64,000 bases of DNA from an uncultured Pseudacidovorax sp. (GTDB lineage: Bacteria; Pseudomonadota; Gammaproteobacteria; Burkholderiales; Burkholderiaceae_C): the NCBI RefSeq assembly GCF_913773995.1, contig NZ_CAJYES010000033.1, positions 17,364 through 81,363 on the forward strand. The letters are read 5' to 3'. Made by a program: the position numbers and the translations under genes. The notes beneath the pieces were generated by a model. That model did no database searches and had not been told where the DNA came from. It was given only the letters and a program-made list of their open reading frames with translations. Below are positions 32,390-45,021 of this stretch, in pieces (position 1 is the stretch's first letter; each line of letters starts with the position of its first letter).

Positions 32390-33904
32390 TCAGGCGTTCA
32401 GGCCCAGCCGCTCGAAGTACTCGGCGGGTGCGTCGTTCTGCTTCATCAGGCGCACGATCTCGCCGCAGAGGCGGTCATGGATCTGCGCATCGGTGATCGG
32501 GTGCGCCTGGCCCGGATCGGTGGCCAGGTCGAACATCACCGTCACCGTGTCGTTCTGCGCGGCTGGCCCGTGCAGCCGGTAGTTGGGAGATTTGGGCGTG
32601 GCCGGCACGCGCAGCACCGGTGTGCCCTTGGTGAAGGGCAAGGGCGGCGCCAGCTGCGCTTCGGCCAGTTCCTCCACCGCGAACATCTCCTTCATGTGCA
32701 TCGGCATCAGCGTGTACTGGTTCAGGCCGGCACGGTGCATCTCGGGCGGATAGAGGAAGAGCGTGTAGCGGCCATCGGTGACGTTCACCGCGCTGCCGAA
32801 CACGCCGTAGATCGCCGCCGTGCGCACCGTGCATTCGCGCGCCAGCAGCGGCATCAGCGAGACGCCGGTCACCTCCGGCGGCGGCGTCATGCCGTGCATC
32901 TCCAGCAGGGTCGGCATGAGGTCGACCGTCTGCGTGAGCCCCTGCCGCCGCGTGCCGGCCTGACCGCGGAAGTCCGGGTGATGGACGAACAGCGGAATGT
33001 GCGCCACCTCGTCGTAGCAGGGCATCACGTTCTTCGACCACCAGGAGTGCTCGCCCAGCAGGAAGCCATGGTCAGTGGTCACGACCAGGGCCGTGTCGTC
33101 CCACATGTGGTGGGCGTCCATGTAGTCGAGCAGGCGGCCGAGCTCGTGGTCGCACAGTGCCACGATGGCTGCGTAGTTGGCGCGCAGCTCATCGCACTCC
33201 TCGATGGTCTCGCTCACGCGCTTGTAGGGCGGGAAGTCGAAGATCGGCCCCTTGTAGGCGGTGGGATAGTCCTTGCGGAACTCTTCGGGCGCATGGAAGG
33301 GCTCGTGCGGGTCGAAGGTCTCCAGGTGCAGCAGCCAGTCGGCCGCCTCGCGGTTGCCGTCGAGGAACTCGAAGCCGGCGTCGAAGCAGCGCACCGACGG
33401 GAAGTCGCCGTAGGCGCGGATCGACTCGCGATTGATCATGTGCGCCGAATGCTTGTGGCGTCGCTCCTGCGTGAACTGCTTGGGGTGGTACATCTCGCGG
33501 AAGCGCTCCCAGGGCGGCTGCACCATGGCTTTCCAGGGGTCGCGTTCCTGGCCGCGGATGAACTCGTAGGTGTCGTAGCGGTTGTGGTACGTGGCGCCGC
33601 CATCGCCCCAGTAGTGGTAGTGGTCCGACACCAGGTGCGAGTACACGCCCTGCTTGTGCATCAGCGCCGCGAAGGAGTTGTCGAAAGGCTCCAGCGGGCC
33701 CCAGCCCCGGTGCAGGAAGTTCAGCCGGCCCGTGTGCATGTCGCGCCGCGCCGGCATGCAGGGCAGGCTGCCCACGTAGTGGTTGTCGAAGGTGACGCAG
33801 CGCTCGGCCAGGCGGCGGAAGTCGGGCGTCTTGATCGTGCTGCCGCCGTAGCACTCCAGGCTGCGGCGGTTGAGCGAATCGAAGAGGAGAAAGATGGTCT
33901 TCAT
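32390..33904 (-). CDS. Cys-type sulfatase (cytoplasmic)
   Basis: FDSLNR, CMPARRDMHTG (CxPxR), DPHEPF and TTDHGFLLGEH; no signal peptide. Confidence 0.92.
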   Translation of the reverse strand: MKTIFLLFDSLNRRSLECYGGSTIKTPDFRRLAERCVTFDNHYVGSLPCMPARRDMHTGRLNFLHRGWGPLEPFDNSFAALMHKQGVYSHLVSDHYHYWGDGGATYHNRYDTYEFIRGQERDPWKAMVQPPWERFREMYHPKQFTQERRHKHSAHMINRESIRAYGDFPSVRCFDAGFEFLDGNREAADWLLHLETFDPHEPFHAPEEFRKDYPTAYKGPIFDFPPYKRVSETIEECDELRANYAAIVALCDHELGRLLDYMDAHHMWDDTALVVTTDHGFLLGEHSWWSKNVMPCYDEVAHIPLFVHHPDFRGQAGTRRQGLTQTVDLMPTLLEMHGMTPPPEVTGVSLMPLLARECTVRTAAIYGVFGSAVNVTDGRYTLFLYPPEMHRAGLNQYTLMPMHMKEMFAVEELAEAQLAPPLPFTKGTPVLRVPATPKSPNYRLHGPAAQNDTVTVMFDLATDPGQAHPITDAQIHDRLCGEIVRLMKQNDAPAEYFERLGLNA

Positions 33905-33978
33905 GGCGGTTGCACGCCATACTAGGTGCGCCTCGTGCATGCATCCAATCGAATCTGCGTGGCCATTTATTGATTCCC

Positions 33979-34989
33979 GTGATCCATCCCAACCCCCGCC
34001 ATCTGCGTGCCTTCGCGGCACTCGCCGACACCGGCTCCTTCAGCCTGGCCGCCGAGGCGGTGCACCTGGGCCAGCCGGCGCTGAGCCAGGCCATCGCCAA
34101 GCTCGAATCCACGGTGGGCGTGCGGCTCATCGAGCGGACGACGCGGGCAGTGCGGCTCACGCCGGCCGGCGAGGAGTTCCTGGTCGAGGCCCGTCGCGTG
34201 CTGGAGGCCTATGAGCGGCTGATGCTGCGCGGCAGCGAATGGGCGCATCTGCGGCGTGGCCGCATCGAGCTGCTGACGGTGCCTTCGATGGCGCATCGGC
34301 TACTGCCGGCGCTGGTGCGCGAGTTCACGGCCCAGCACCCAGGCGTGAGCATCGACTTCCACGACCATGCCGACCCGGTGCTGCGCCAGCGCCTGGACCG
34401 TGGCGAGGGCGACCTGGCCATCCTGAGCCAGCGCGGGCCGGTGGCCACGCCGGCGCTGCTGCCCTTCCTGCGTGACCGCTTTCGTGTGGTGCTGCCACGC
34501 CAGCATCCGCTGGCCGCGCAGGAGGTGATCGAGGCGTCGCAGCTCGCGGGTGAACGATTGATCCTGCTTCGGCGCGGCGCGCTGTTCCGCTCCTACATGG
34601 ACGCCGTGATCAGCGGTCTGGCGCTGACGCAGGAGCCGATGGAGGTGGAGCAGTCCGCCACGCTCACGGGCCTGGTGGAGGCAGGACTGGGCGTGTCGCT
34701 GCTGCCCTCGCTGTCGTGCCCCAGTCCGGCCCTGCGCTCGGTGGTGAGCCGGCCGCTCGCACGGCCGGAGGTGTCGCGCATCATCGCCTTCGCGCTGCCG
34801 CCCGACCGCGAGCCCATGCCGCCCGTGCAGGCCTTCGTGGCCAGCACCTTCGATTACCTGGCAGCCAACGTGGACAAGCTGCCAAAGGGCTGCGAGCTGC
34901 TGCGCGCCAGCACGCAGCGCATCCGCAAGTTCCTGGCCGCGCGGCCGGCGGTGCCCAGCGTGCGCGCGGCCCACCGGCTCAAGGCGTGA
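33979..34989 (+). CDS. LysR-family regulator, divergent from the sulfatase
   Basis: TGSFSLAAEAVHLGQPALSQAIAKLE..RTTRAVRLTPAG; GTG start inferred. Confidence 0.92.
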   Translation: MIHPNPRHLRAFAALADTGSFSLAAEAVHLGQPALSQAIAKLESTVGVRLIERTTRAVRLTPAGEEFLVEARRVLEAYERLMLRGSEWAHLRRGRIELLTVPSMAHRLLPALVREFTAQHPGVSIDFHDHADPVLRQRLDRGEGDLAILSQRGPVATPALLPFLRDRFRVVLPRQHPLAAQEVIEASQLAGERLILLRRGALFRSYMDAVISGLALTQEPMEVEQSATLTGLVEAGLGVSLLPSLSCPSPALRSVVSRPLARPEVSRIIAFALPPDREPMPPVQAFVASTFDYLAANVDKLPKGCELLRASTQRIRKFLAARPAVPSVRAAHRLKA

Positions 34990-37075
34990 CGTCGAGCGTG
35001 ACCGGCACCGAGGTCGCGCTGCCGGCCTGATTGAACACGGTCACGGTGTAGGTGCCGGCGTCGGCCGTGCTCACCGGCGGCAGGCGCAGTGCGGCCGTGG
35101 TCGATTCGTTGTAGCCGTTGGGCGAGACGATCACCTGGCCGTTGCGCTGCCACTGGTAGCCCAGCCCCACGCCCTCGGCCTGCACCACGAAGCCCACCGC
35201 GGTGCCCGCCGCCACACGGATCGACCGGGGCTGCGCCGTGATGCGCGGCGCCGGCACGGCCGTGGCGGAGGTCGACAGCAGCATCTCGGCCTGCGCCAGC
35301 ACCGCCGGCTGGCCCGCCTTGACGGCGCTGTACTGGCTGTTGACCAGGCCGCCTCGGCTGCCCACCGCCACGCCGTAACCGCCGTTGGTGGCGCTGCTGC
35401 TCAAGGTCAGCGTCACGCGGCCGCCGCCCTTGAAAGGCTCCGGCAGATTGAGCGGCACCTTCTCGGGCGCCCAGGCGACCGTCCGCGGATCGATCTGCCA
35501 TTCGTGGCTGCGGCCGTCGGGCAACAGCAGCCGCGCCACCAGCGGCGCGTTCACGTTCGGCTCCTGGATGATGGCCGAGGCAGCCGCTGAAGCCGACTTG
35601 TCCGGCGTACGCTGGAACACCGAAGGCAGCACGGCGGCCAGCGTGTCTCCGGGCGCTATGTCCCAGGACTGGGACATCGACTTCGTGCTGTCGATGCCCA
35701 GGTTGGCCTGCCAGGCCCGCGCCGGCGTGCTGGCGACGGCCTTGGCGAGCGGGAAGCGCTGCGTCGGCGCCGTGCTGAGCGGCTGGATGCGCCCGTCGGC
35801 ATCGAACTGCAGCGGCACCGTGTACCAGCCCGACAACGCCAGGTTGTTGTCGCCCGGCTGGTTCACGCCGGTGCCCGGCGCACCGGTGGGGCTGGAGCGG
35901 TAGTGCGTGCCCGGCAGCAGGATGTTCGTGCCACCGCGCAGGTCCGGCAGCACGAAGGGCGCCTTCATCTGCGCGTAGCCCGAGTCCGAGGAGAGCAGCA
36001 CGGGCTGCAGCGGCGTGGTGGCGGAATCGTCCGCCGGGCTCAGCCAGGGGCCGTGCGGATCGCGGGCGCGCAGGTAGTACAGCCGCGAGGCCAGGCAGTT
36101 GCCGCAGCTGTTGGTGCCCGTGAGGTACCACCAGCCGTTGCGGTAGGCGAGGCCGATGCCGCCGCCGATGACGTTGCCGGCGACGGTGATGTCGGTGTGG
36201 TCCAGCGTGCCCGTCTTCTCGTCGTTGAGCAGCATGGTGTTGAGCACCCCATGCGAGGTCGCCATGTACGACTTGCCGTCCGGCCCCGTGGCCAATGCGA
36301 AGTCGACCGGCCCGGCATCGCCCGAAGCGATGGTGGGCTCGAAAGGCGTGCCCCAGGGGCCATAGGGGGTGGACGACTGCGCCACATAGCGCTTGCCCGT
36401 ACGGCCCGACTGCGTGAGGCCGGCCTGCCCGTTGAGGAACCACATGTTGTAGAGCCGTGTCTTGGGCGAATACACCACGCGCGGCTTCTTCACGTAGTAG
36501 TGCTCGCCCGTCTGCGGATCCTGGATGTACTGGTGGCCGCCCACCAGCTTCCAGTTCATCAGGTCCGAGGACGTATAGACCGTGAGACCGCAGTAGCGGT
36601 AGGTGGAGTTGGGCTGCGTGGGGATCAGCGGGCAGGTGTTCACGCCCGGCGCGTAGTTGAAGGCGCCGCAGCTGAAGGAGGGCCCGTAGAGGTAGTACTG
36701 GCCTTCGAAATACTGCAGATCCACCTCGTCCACGGCCTGGATGGCATTGCCGTCCGTATCCATGCCGATGGCGATGGGGCCGTAGGAGACCGTCTGTGCG
36801 GGCGAGGTCGGCAGCCCGTTGTCGCCGGCCAGCGGATCGTCGGCGATGAAGTTGGTGAGCACGGCCTCGGTGGCCAGGGCCGGTGCCACCGGCGCTGGCG
36901 CCGGGGCAGAGGTTGCCGGCGGGCTGGGCGCAGGCGCCGCCGGTGCGGGCGCAAAGCCCACGGTCGAGCCGCCTCCACCGCCACAACTGACCAGCAGAAG
37001 CAGGCCTGCCAGCTGGGGAATTCGCGCCATGCGCCACGTCGAGGGCGTGCGCGGGCTTGTCATGTCTGCCTTCAT
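34979..37075 (-). CDS. Lipoprotein with a GH43-like five-bladed beta-propeller and C-terminal Ig-like domain
   Basis: Lipobox LLVS-C plus Pro/Ala linker; DTDGNAIQA, YYLYG, YTSSDLMNW, PRVVYS and PLQFDADGRI; Ig motifs ITAQPRS, YQWQRNG and DAGTYTVTV. GGAGA RBS before ATG 37075. Confidence 0.75.
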   Translation of the reverse strand: MKADMTSPRTPSTWRMARIPQLAGLLLLVSCGGGGGSTVGFAPAPAAPAPSPPATSAPAPAPVAPALATEAVLTNFIADDPLAGDNGLPTSPAQTVSYGPIAIGMDTDGNAIQAVDEVDLQYFEGQYYLYGPSFSCGAFNYAPGVNTCPLIPTQPNSTYRYCGLTVYTSSDLMNWKLVGGHQYIQDPQTGEHYYVKKPRVVYSPKTRLYNMWFLNGQAGLTQSGRTGKRYVAQSSTPYGPWGTPFEPTIASGDAGPVDFALATGPDGKSYMATSHGVLNTMLLNDEKTGTLDHTDITVAGNVIGGGIGLAYRNGWWYLTGTNSCGNCLASRLYYLRARDPHGPWLSPADDSATTPLQPVLLSSDSGYAQMKAPFVLPDLRGGTNILLPGTHYRSSPTGAPGTGVNQPGDNNLALSGWYTVPLQFDADGRIQPLSTAPTQRFPLAKAVASTPARAWQANLGIDSTKSMSQSWDIAPGDTLAAVLPSVFQRTPDKSASAAASAIIQEPNVNAPLVARLLLPDGRSHEWQIDPRTVAWAPEKVPLNLPEPFKGGGRVTLTLSSSATNGGYGVAVGSRGGLVNSQYSAVKAGQPAVLAQAEMLLSTSATAVPAPRITAQPRSIRVAAGTAVGFVVQAEGVGLGYQWQRNGQVIVSPNGYNESTTAALRLPPVSTADAGTYTVTVFNQAGSATSVPVTLDVTP

Positions 37076-37309
37076 CGGGTTGTCTCCACGTACGTGTGCA
37101 TTGCGCATGAACGAGCGCAGCGGCGCGAAGCGTACGGAGGCCCAGGCAGGCTGTGAATTCGATTCTTGCGTGGCACTTATCAGTCGCGTCGATAGGCCCG
37201 ATCAAGATTCCTCCGACTTTGCCCCCGACCATTCGTCCACGCCGGTCTCCTGCCGGCGTCCATGGTCCCAGCCGACGGCTGGCCATGGCTCGAAAGGAAC
37301 GGAGCAAGA

Positions 37310-38458
37310 ATGAAGAACACCCTCGTCGCCCTGGCCTGCGGCGCGCTCGCCGGGGCCGCCTCGGCCCAATCGTCTGTCACACTCTTCGGCACCATCGACA
37401 CGGGCGTGACCTACCAGTCGGCCACGGCCACCGATGCCACCACCGGCCTCACCACGCGCCAGAGCCGCACCAGCCTGGGCAACTCGGGCTACGGCAACAG
37501 CAGCCTGGGTCTGCGGGGCGTGGAAGACCTCGGCGGCGGGCTGGCGGCCAGCTTCTGGCTGGAGGCCCCACTTTCCAGCGATGACGGCGCCAGCAGCCTG
37601 GCGTTCACGCGGCGCTCGACGGTGAGCCTGTCGGGCCATTTCGGCGAGCTCCGCCTGGGCCGCGATCGCACCGCCAACTCGCTCAACGACACGATCTTCG
37701 ACCCCTTCGGTGGCAACGGCTCGGGCGCCAACGTCATCGGCGCGGTGAGCGCGGCCGACACCGGCCTGGCGACCCACTACCTGCGCGCCAGCAACATGGT
37801 GGGCTACTTCCTGCCGGCCACGCTGGGCGGCTTCTACGGCAACGTGCAGTACGCGGCGCACGAGAACGTGGACACCAGCACCAGCCTCACCGGCACCAGC
37901 GACGCCGGCCGCTACACCGGTGCGCGCTTCGGCTATGCCAACGGGCCGCTGGACATCGCCCTGGCCTCCGGCCAGACCACCGTGACCGACAGCGGCAGCC
38001 TCACCCGCACCGTGCGCCGCAGCAACCTCGGCGCCACCTACGACTTCGGGCCGGTCAAGCTCTTCGGCGAACTCTCCAACGTGCGCGACCGATCCGACAC
38101 GCTGCAGACCTCGCTGGCGAACAACTACGACGGCTATCTGATCGGCGCCAGCATGCCGGTAGGTGCGGGCCTGATCCGCGCCTCCTACGGCCAGGTGCGC
38201 TACGACGAAGGCTCGCTCGCGCCGCTCTACGGCGAGGCGCCGCGCTCGCGCAAGCTGGCGCTGGGCTACGTGCACAACCTGTCCAAGCGCACGTCGCTGT
38301 ATGCCACCGTGGCACGCATCAGCAACCGCAACGACAGCGCCTACACCGGCAGCCTGTCGGCCGCGGCCACCACCGGTTACGGCTCGGTGGGCGTGGGCTA
38401 CAGCGGCCTGCCGAAGTCGTCCACGGGCTACGACTTCGGCATCCGCCACAACTTCTGA
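37310..38458 (+). CDS. Gram-negative trimeric porin (Omp32/OmpC type)
   Basis: AQSSVTLFGTID, GLRGVEDLGGGL, GELRLGRD, YVHNLSKRTSLY and C-terminal GIRHNF. Confidence 0.95.
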   Translation: MKNTLVALACGALAGAASAQSSVTLFGTIDTGVTYQSATATDATTGLTTRQSRTSLGNSGYGNSSLGLRGVEDLGGGLAASFWLEAPLSSDDGASSLAFTRRSTVSLSGHFGELRLGRDRTANSLNDTIFDPFGGNGSGANVIGAVSAADTGLATHYLRASNMVGYFLPATLGGFYGNVQYAAHENVDTSTSLTGTSDAGRYTGARFGYANGPLDIALASGQTTVTDSGSLTRTVRRSNLGATYDFGPVKLFGELSNVRDRSDTLQTSLANNYDGYLIGASMPVGAGLIRASYGQVRYDEGSLAPLYGEAPRSRKLALGYVHNLSKRTSLYATVARISNRNDSAYTGSLSAAATTGYGSVGVGYSGLPKSSTGYDFGIRHNF

Positions 38459-38471
38459 GGCACAGACTGCC

Positions 38472-39026
38472 ATGAGAGCCGGAGCCCGCACCGACGCCGC
38501 CGCCTGGCGGCCCGAATCCCATCCGTCCCCAGGCACCGCCCTGCCGGCCCGGGACACGGCCCATCCGCAGGCCGACCTGCGTGCCGTGCTGGCGGCCCTG
38601 GCGGTCGGCCCCCGCCTCGCGCCGGCCGTGCACGCCGAATGGCGACTTCCCGCGCATGCACTGTGGGTGGCAATGGCGCCGGATCCGCTCGCGCAGACGC
38701 TCCGGCGCCTGCTGGAGCTCGCGGCCGAACTGCTGACCCCGATCGGCGGCGTGGTGCGCATCCATGCGCGCGCCGAGGGCACGACGGCCGCCGTCTCGGT
38801 GGTGGACGAGCCGGCCGGGGCGCAGCCACCCGCCCTGGCCCGCCGCGTGCACGGCCTTTCGCTGGCCGCGGACCCGCACCAGGATGCCTCGCTGCGGGCA
38901 TTGGCCCTGTGTGCGCAAGCCATCGACGGACACCATGGCCGACTCTACGCAGCGCCTTCGACATGGGGAGCCATGGGGGCCACGATGCGACTGCCGCTGA
39001 TCCGGCTCGCGGGGGGGCTGGCGTGA
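38472..39026 (+). CDS. Hypothetical protein, degenerate stand-alone HATPase_c-like domain
   Basis: Aligns by eye with the HATPase domain of the kinase downstream, but the N- and G-box residues are lost. Confidence 0.55.
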   Translation: MRAGARTDAAAWRPESHPSPGTALPARDTAHPQADLRAVLAALAVGPRLAPAVHAEWRLPAHALWVAMAPDPLAQTLRRLLELAAELLTPIGGVVRIHARAEGTTAAVSVVDEPAGAQPPALARRVHGLSLAADPHQDASLRALALCAQAIDGHHGRLYAAPSTWGAMGATMRLPLIRLAGGLA

Positions 39027-39262
39027 TCGGCCGGTCGACGCCGCCGAGCCGTGGTCGCCGCGCCATGGGCCCCGTCACGGCCATCGTCGGCGTTATCGGC
39101 GGCGCATGGCTCAGCTGGACGCCCTGCGACGGCGACGCGCGCCCGAGTCACCAGGATTTGTTTACCCTCGGCCCCATCGTCCAGCACGCCCTGCCGCCTG
39201 CGGAGCTGCCCTGGCCCTTTCCGCCGCCGGCCCGGCCGGCGGCCGTCCAATGCCACGCCTGA
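39023..39262 (+). CDS. Possible small membrane-anchored protein bridging the pseudo-HATPase and the kinase
   Basis: GTG overlaps the upstream TGA (GTGA); one hydrophobic stretch; stop overlaps the kinase start. An alternative ATG lies at 39065. Confidence 0.3.
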   Translation: MIGRSTPPSRGRRAMGPVTAIVGVIGGAWLSWTPCDGDARPSHQDLFTLGPIVQHALPPAELPWPFPPPARPAAVQCHA

Positions 39263-40800
39263 CGCTCACCCGCAAACTCTTCCTGGCCCTGGCCACCCTG
39301 CTGCTCACGCTGCTGGTGGCCTTTGCCATTTCGTCCATGCTCTCGCTGCGCAGCGGCTTGGGACCCTACGTAGCCGAGATCGAGATCCGCCGACTGAGCT
39401 GGCTGGCCGAGCGACTGCAGCAGCACTACGTGGCCAACGGCAACTGGTCGCGCCTGCGCGGCAACGAGGAAGCCTGGGTCCGCCTCCAGCGCGGCGAGGT
39501 GGATCCGGCCTCGCTGGCCCCGCGCGAGCGCGAGCCCGGCGGCTTCTGGGGGGGTCGCGGGCGCGGCGGCTGGAGCCTGCCCTTCGCGGAAGGTCGCGAG
39601 CCGCCCTCGCCGCTGGAGCCGGGCGAGCGTTTTGCACCGCCCTGGTTCTTTCCACGCATCGGCGAGGGCGGTCCGCCGGACCTGATCTTCAAGCGCCTGG
39701 GCGTCGTCGACAACGGCGGCAAGCTGGTGGTGGGCGCGCGGGTGGACCCGGCCACGGCCGCGCACCTGCCCATCCGCAGCGGCACGGTCATCATCGGCCA
39801 GCTGCTGCTGGCGCCCATGCAGGGGCTGGAACACGAGGCCGACCGCGCCTTCCTGGCCCGGCATTCGGGCTTCATTGCGCTGGCCGGTGTCGTCGGCCTG
39901 GTGGCGGCCCTGCTGATCGCCGGCATGGTCGGCCGCCGCTGGCTGGCGCCCATCGACGACCTCACCCAGGCGGCGCGCGCCGTGGCGCGCGGCCGCCTGG
40001 GCACGCGCGTGCGCGTGGAAGGCCAGGACGAACTGGCCCTGCTCGGCCGCACCTTCAACACCATGGCCGACCGGCTGGACAAGGCCGAGTCGGGCCGGCG
40101 GGCGTGGCTGGCCGACGTGGCCCACGAGCTGCGCACGCCGCTGGCCGCCATGCGGGCGGAGATCGAGGCCATCCAGGACGGCGTGCGCAGCTTCGACGAC
40201 CGCACCGCCCTGCGCCTGCACCGCCAGGTGATGCGCCTGACGCAGCTGGTGGACGACCTGCGCCACAGCATGGACAGCCACGGCACCACGCTGCACGAGC
40301 ATGCCCCAGCCTATCCGCTCACGCTGCTGCAGGAGGCACTGACGGCCACGCGCGACCGCTTTGTGCAGGCCGGCATCGCGGTCGATGCCGACAGCGTGCG
40401 CCGCCTGGCCGAGGAGCGCGCGCCGCGTGTGCTGGGTGAGGCCCGCAAGCTCAGCCAGGTGTGGGTCAATCTGCTGGAGAACACGCTCGCCTACACCGAC
40501 GCGGGTGGGCGCCTCGCCATCGAGGCCCGCATCGACCGGGTGGACGGCGCGCCGGCGCTGGTCGTGCAGCTGGACGACAGCGCCCCCGGCGTGACCGAGG
40601 ACGAGCTGCCGCGCCTGTTCGACCGCCTGTTCCGCGCCGAGGCCTCGCGCAACCGCGCACTGGGCGGCTCGGGCCTGGGCCTGGCGATCTGCCGCGCCAT
40701 CGTCGATGCGCACGGTGGCGACATCGAGGCCGAGGCCTCGCCGCTGGGCGGGCTGCGCATCACCGTCTCCCTTCCCCTTTCGGACACCGAACCCACATGA
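39250..40800 (+). CDS. Sensor histidine kinase, BaeS-like (TM-periplasmic-TM-HAMP-HisKA-HATPase)
   Basis: HAMP GQDELALLGRTFNTMA, H-box VAHELRTPL, NLLEN and GSGLGLAIC. Confidence 0.95.
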   Translation: MPRLTLTRKLFLALATLLLTLLVAFAISSMLSLRSGLGPYVAEIEIRRLSWLAERLQQHYVANGNWSRLRGNEEAWVRLQRGEVDPASLAPREREPGGFWGGRGRGGWSLPFAEGREPPSPLEPGERFAPPWFFPRIGEGGPPDLIFKRLGVVDNGGKLVVGARVDPATAAHLPIRSGTVIIGQLLLAPMQGLEHEADRAFLARHSGFIALAGVVGLVAALLIAGMVGRRWLAPIDDLTQAARAVARGRLGTRVRVEGQDELALLGRTFNTMADRLDKAESGRRAWLADVAHELRTPLAAMRAEIEAIQDGVRSFDDRTALRLHRQVMRLTQLVDDLRHSMDSHGTTLHEHAPAYPLTLLQEALTATRDRFVQAGIAVDADSVRRLAEERAPRVLGEARKLSQVWVNLLENTLAYTDAGGRLAIEARIDRVDGAPALVVQLDDSAPGVTEDELPRLFDRLFRAEASRNRALGGSGLGLAICRAIVDAHGGDIEAEASPLGGLRITVSLPLSDTEPT

Positions 40801-41495
40801 CCCGCATCCTCATCGTCGAAGACGAAACCGACATCGCCGACGTGCTGCGCGACTACCTGCGCCGCGAAGGCCATCAGACCGACCATGTGGCCGACGGCCG
40901 CGAGGCCCTGCGCCACATGCTGGAGACGCCGCCCGACCTCACGCTGCTGGACATCATGCTGCCGGGCCTGGACGGCCTCACGGTGCTGCAGCAGGCGCGG
41001 GTGCACACGCAGCATCCGGTGATCATGCTCACGGCCCGCACGGAAGAAGTGGACCGCCTGCTGGGCCTGGCCCATGGCGCCGACGACTATGTCTGCAAGC
41101 CCTTCTCGCCGCGCGAGGTGGTGGCCCGCGTGGCGGCGGTGCTGCGCCGCACGCATGCCCCGCAGGAAGTGGCGGCCGCCGCGCACGGCATGGAGCTGGA
41201 CGAGAGCTGCTGGCATGCCTCGCTGGGAGGCCAGTCACTCAACCTGACGCGGCGCGAGTTCTCGCTGCTGCGCGTGCTGGCCAGGCAGCCGGGCCGCATC
41301 TTCTCGCGCGCGCGCCTGCTGGAGCTGGCCTATGAAGACGATGTCGACGTCACCGAGCGCGCCATCGACAGCCATGTGAAGAACCTGCGCCGCAAGCTGT
41401 CGCAGGCCGCGCCCGAGCATGAATGGATCCGCTCGGTGTACGGCGTCGGCTTCTCCTTCGAGGCGCCGCCGGCCTCGCCGACGCCACGGGGCTGA
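40797..41495 (+). CDS. OmpR-family response regulator, BaeR-like
   Basis: ILIVEDE, LLDIMLPG, GADDYVCKPFSPREV and RAIDSHVKNLRRKL. Confidence 0.95.
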   Translation: MTRILIVEDETDIADVLRDYLRREGHQTDHVADGREALRHMLETPPDLTLLDIMLPGLDGLTVLQQARVHTQHPVIMLTARTEEVDRLLGLAHGADDYVCKPFSPREVVARVAAVLRRTHAPQEVAAAAHGMELDESCWHASLGGQSLNLTRREFSLLRVLARQPGRIFSRARLLELAYEDDVDVTERAIDSHVKNLRRKLSQAAPEHEWIRSVYGVGFSFEAPPASPTPRG

Positions 41496-41553
41496 ACGCT
41501 TCTGCGGTGGCGGGGAGGCCGTGCCCCTCGCATCTGGGACACTCCGGGCCCCG

Positions 41554-44919
<3,366 letters not shown>

Positions 44920-45021
44920 GGCGCAGTCTGGCGGGCAAGCAGGCGACAGCTCGCGCGAAGCAGCGCCGCTATGCTGGCCGGCAGAACGGCCGCAGCCGGC
45001 CGCGCCCTCAGGAGACGCTTC

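Noticed and set aside
37160-37200. TGGCACTTATCAG upstream of the porin as a sigma54 promoter
   Set aside because: No GC dinucleotide at the required -12 position.
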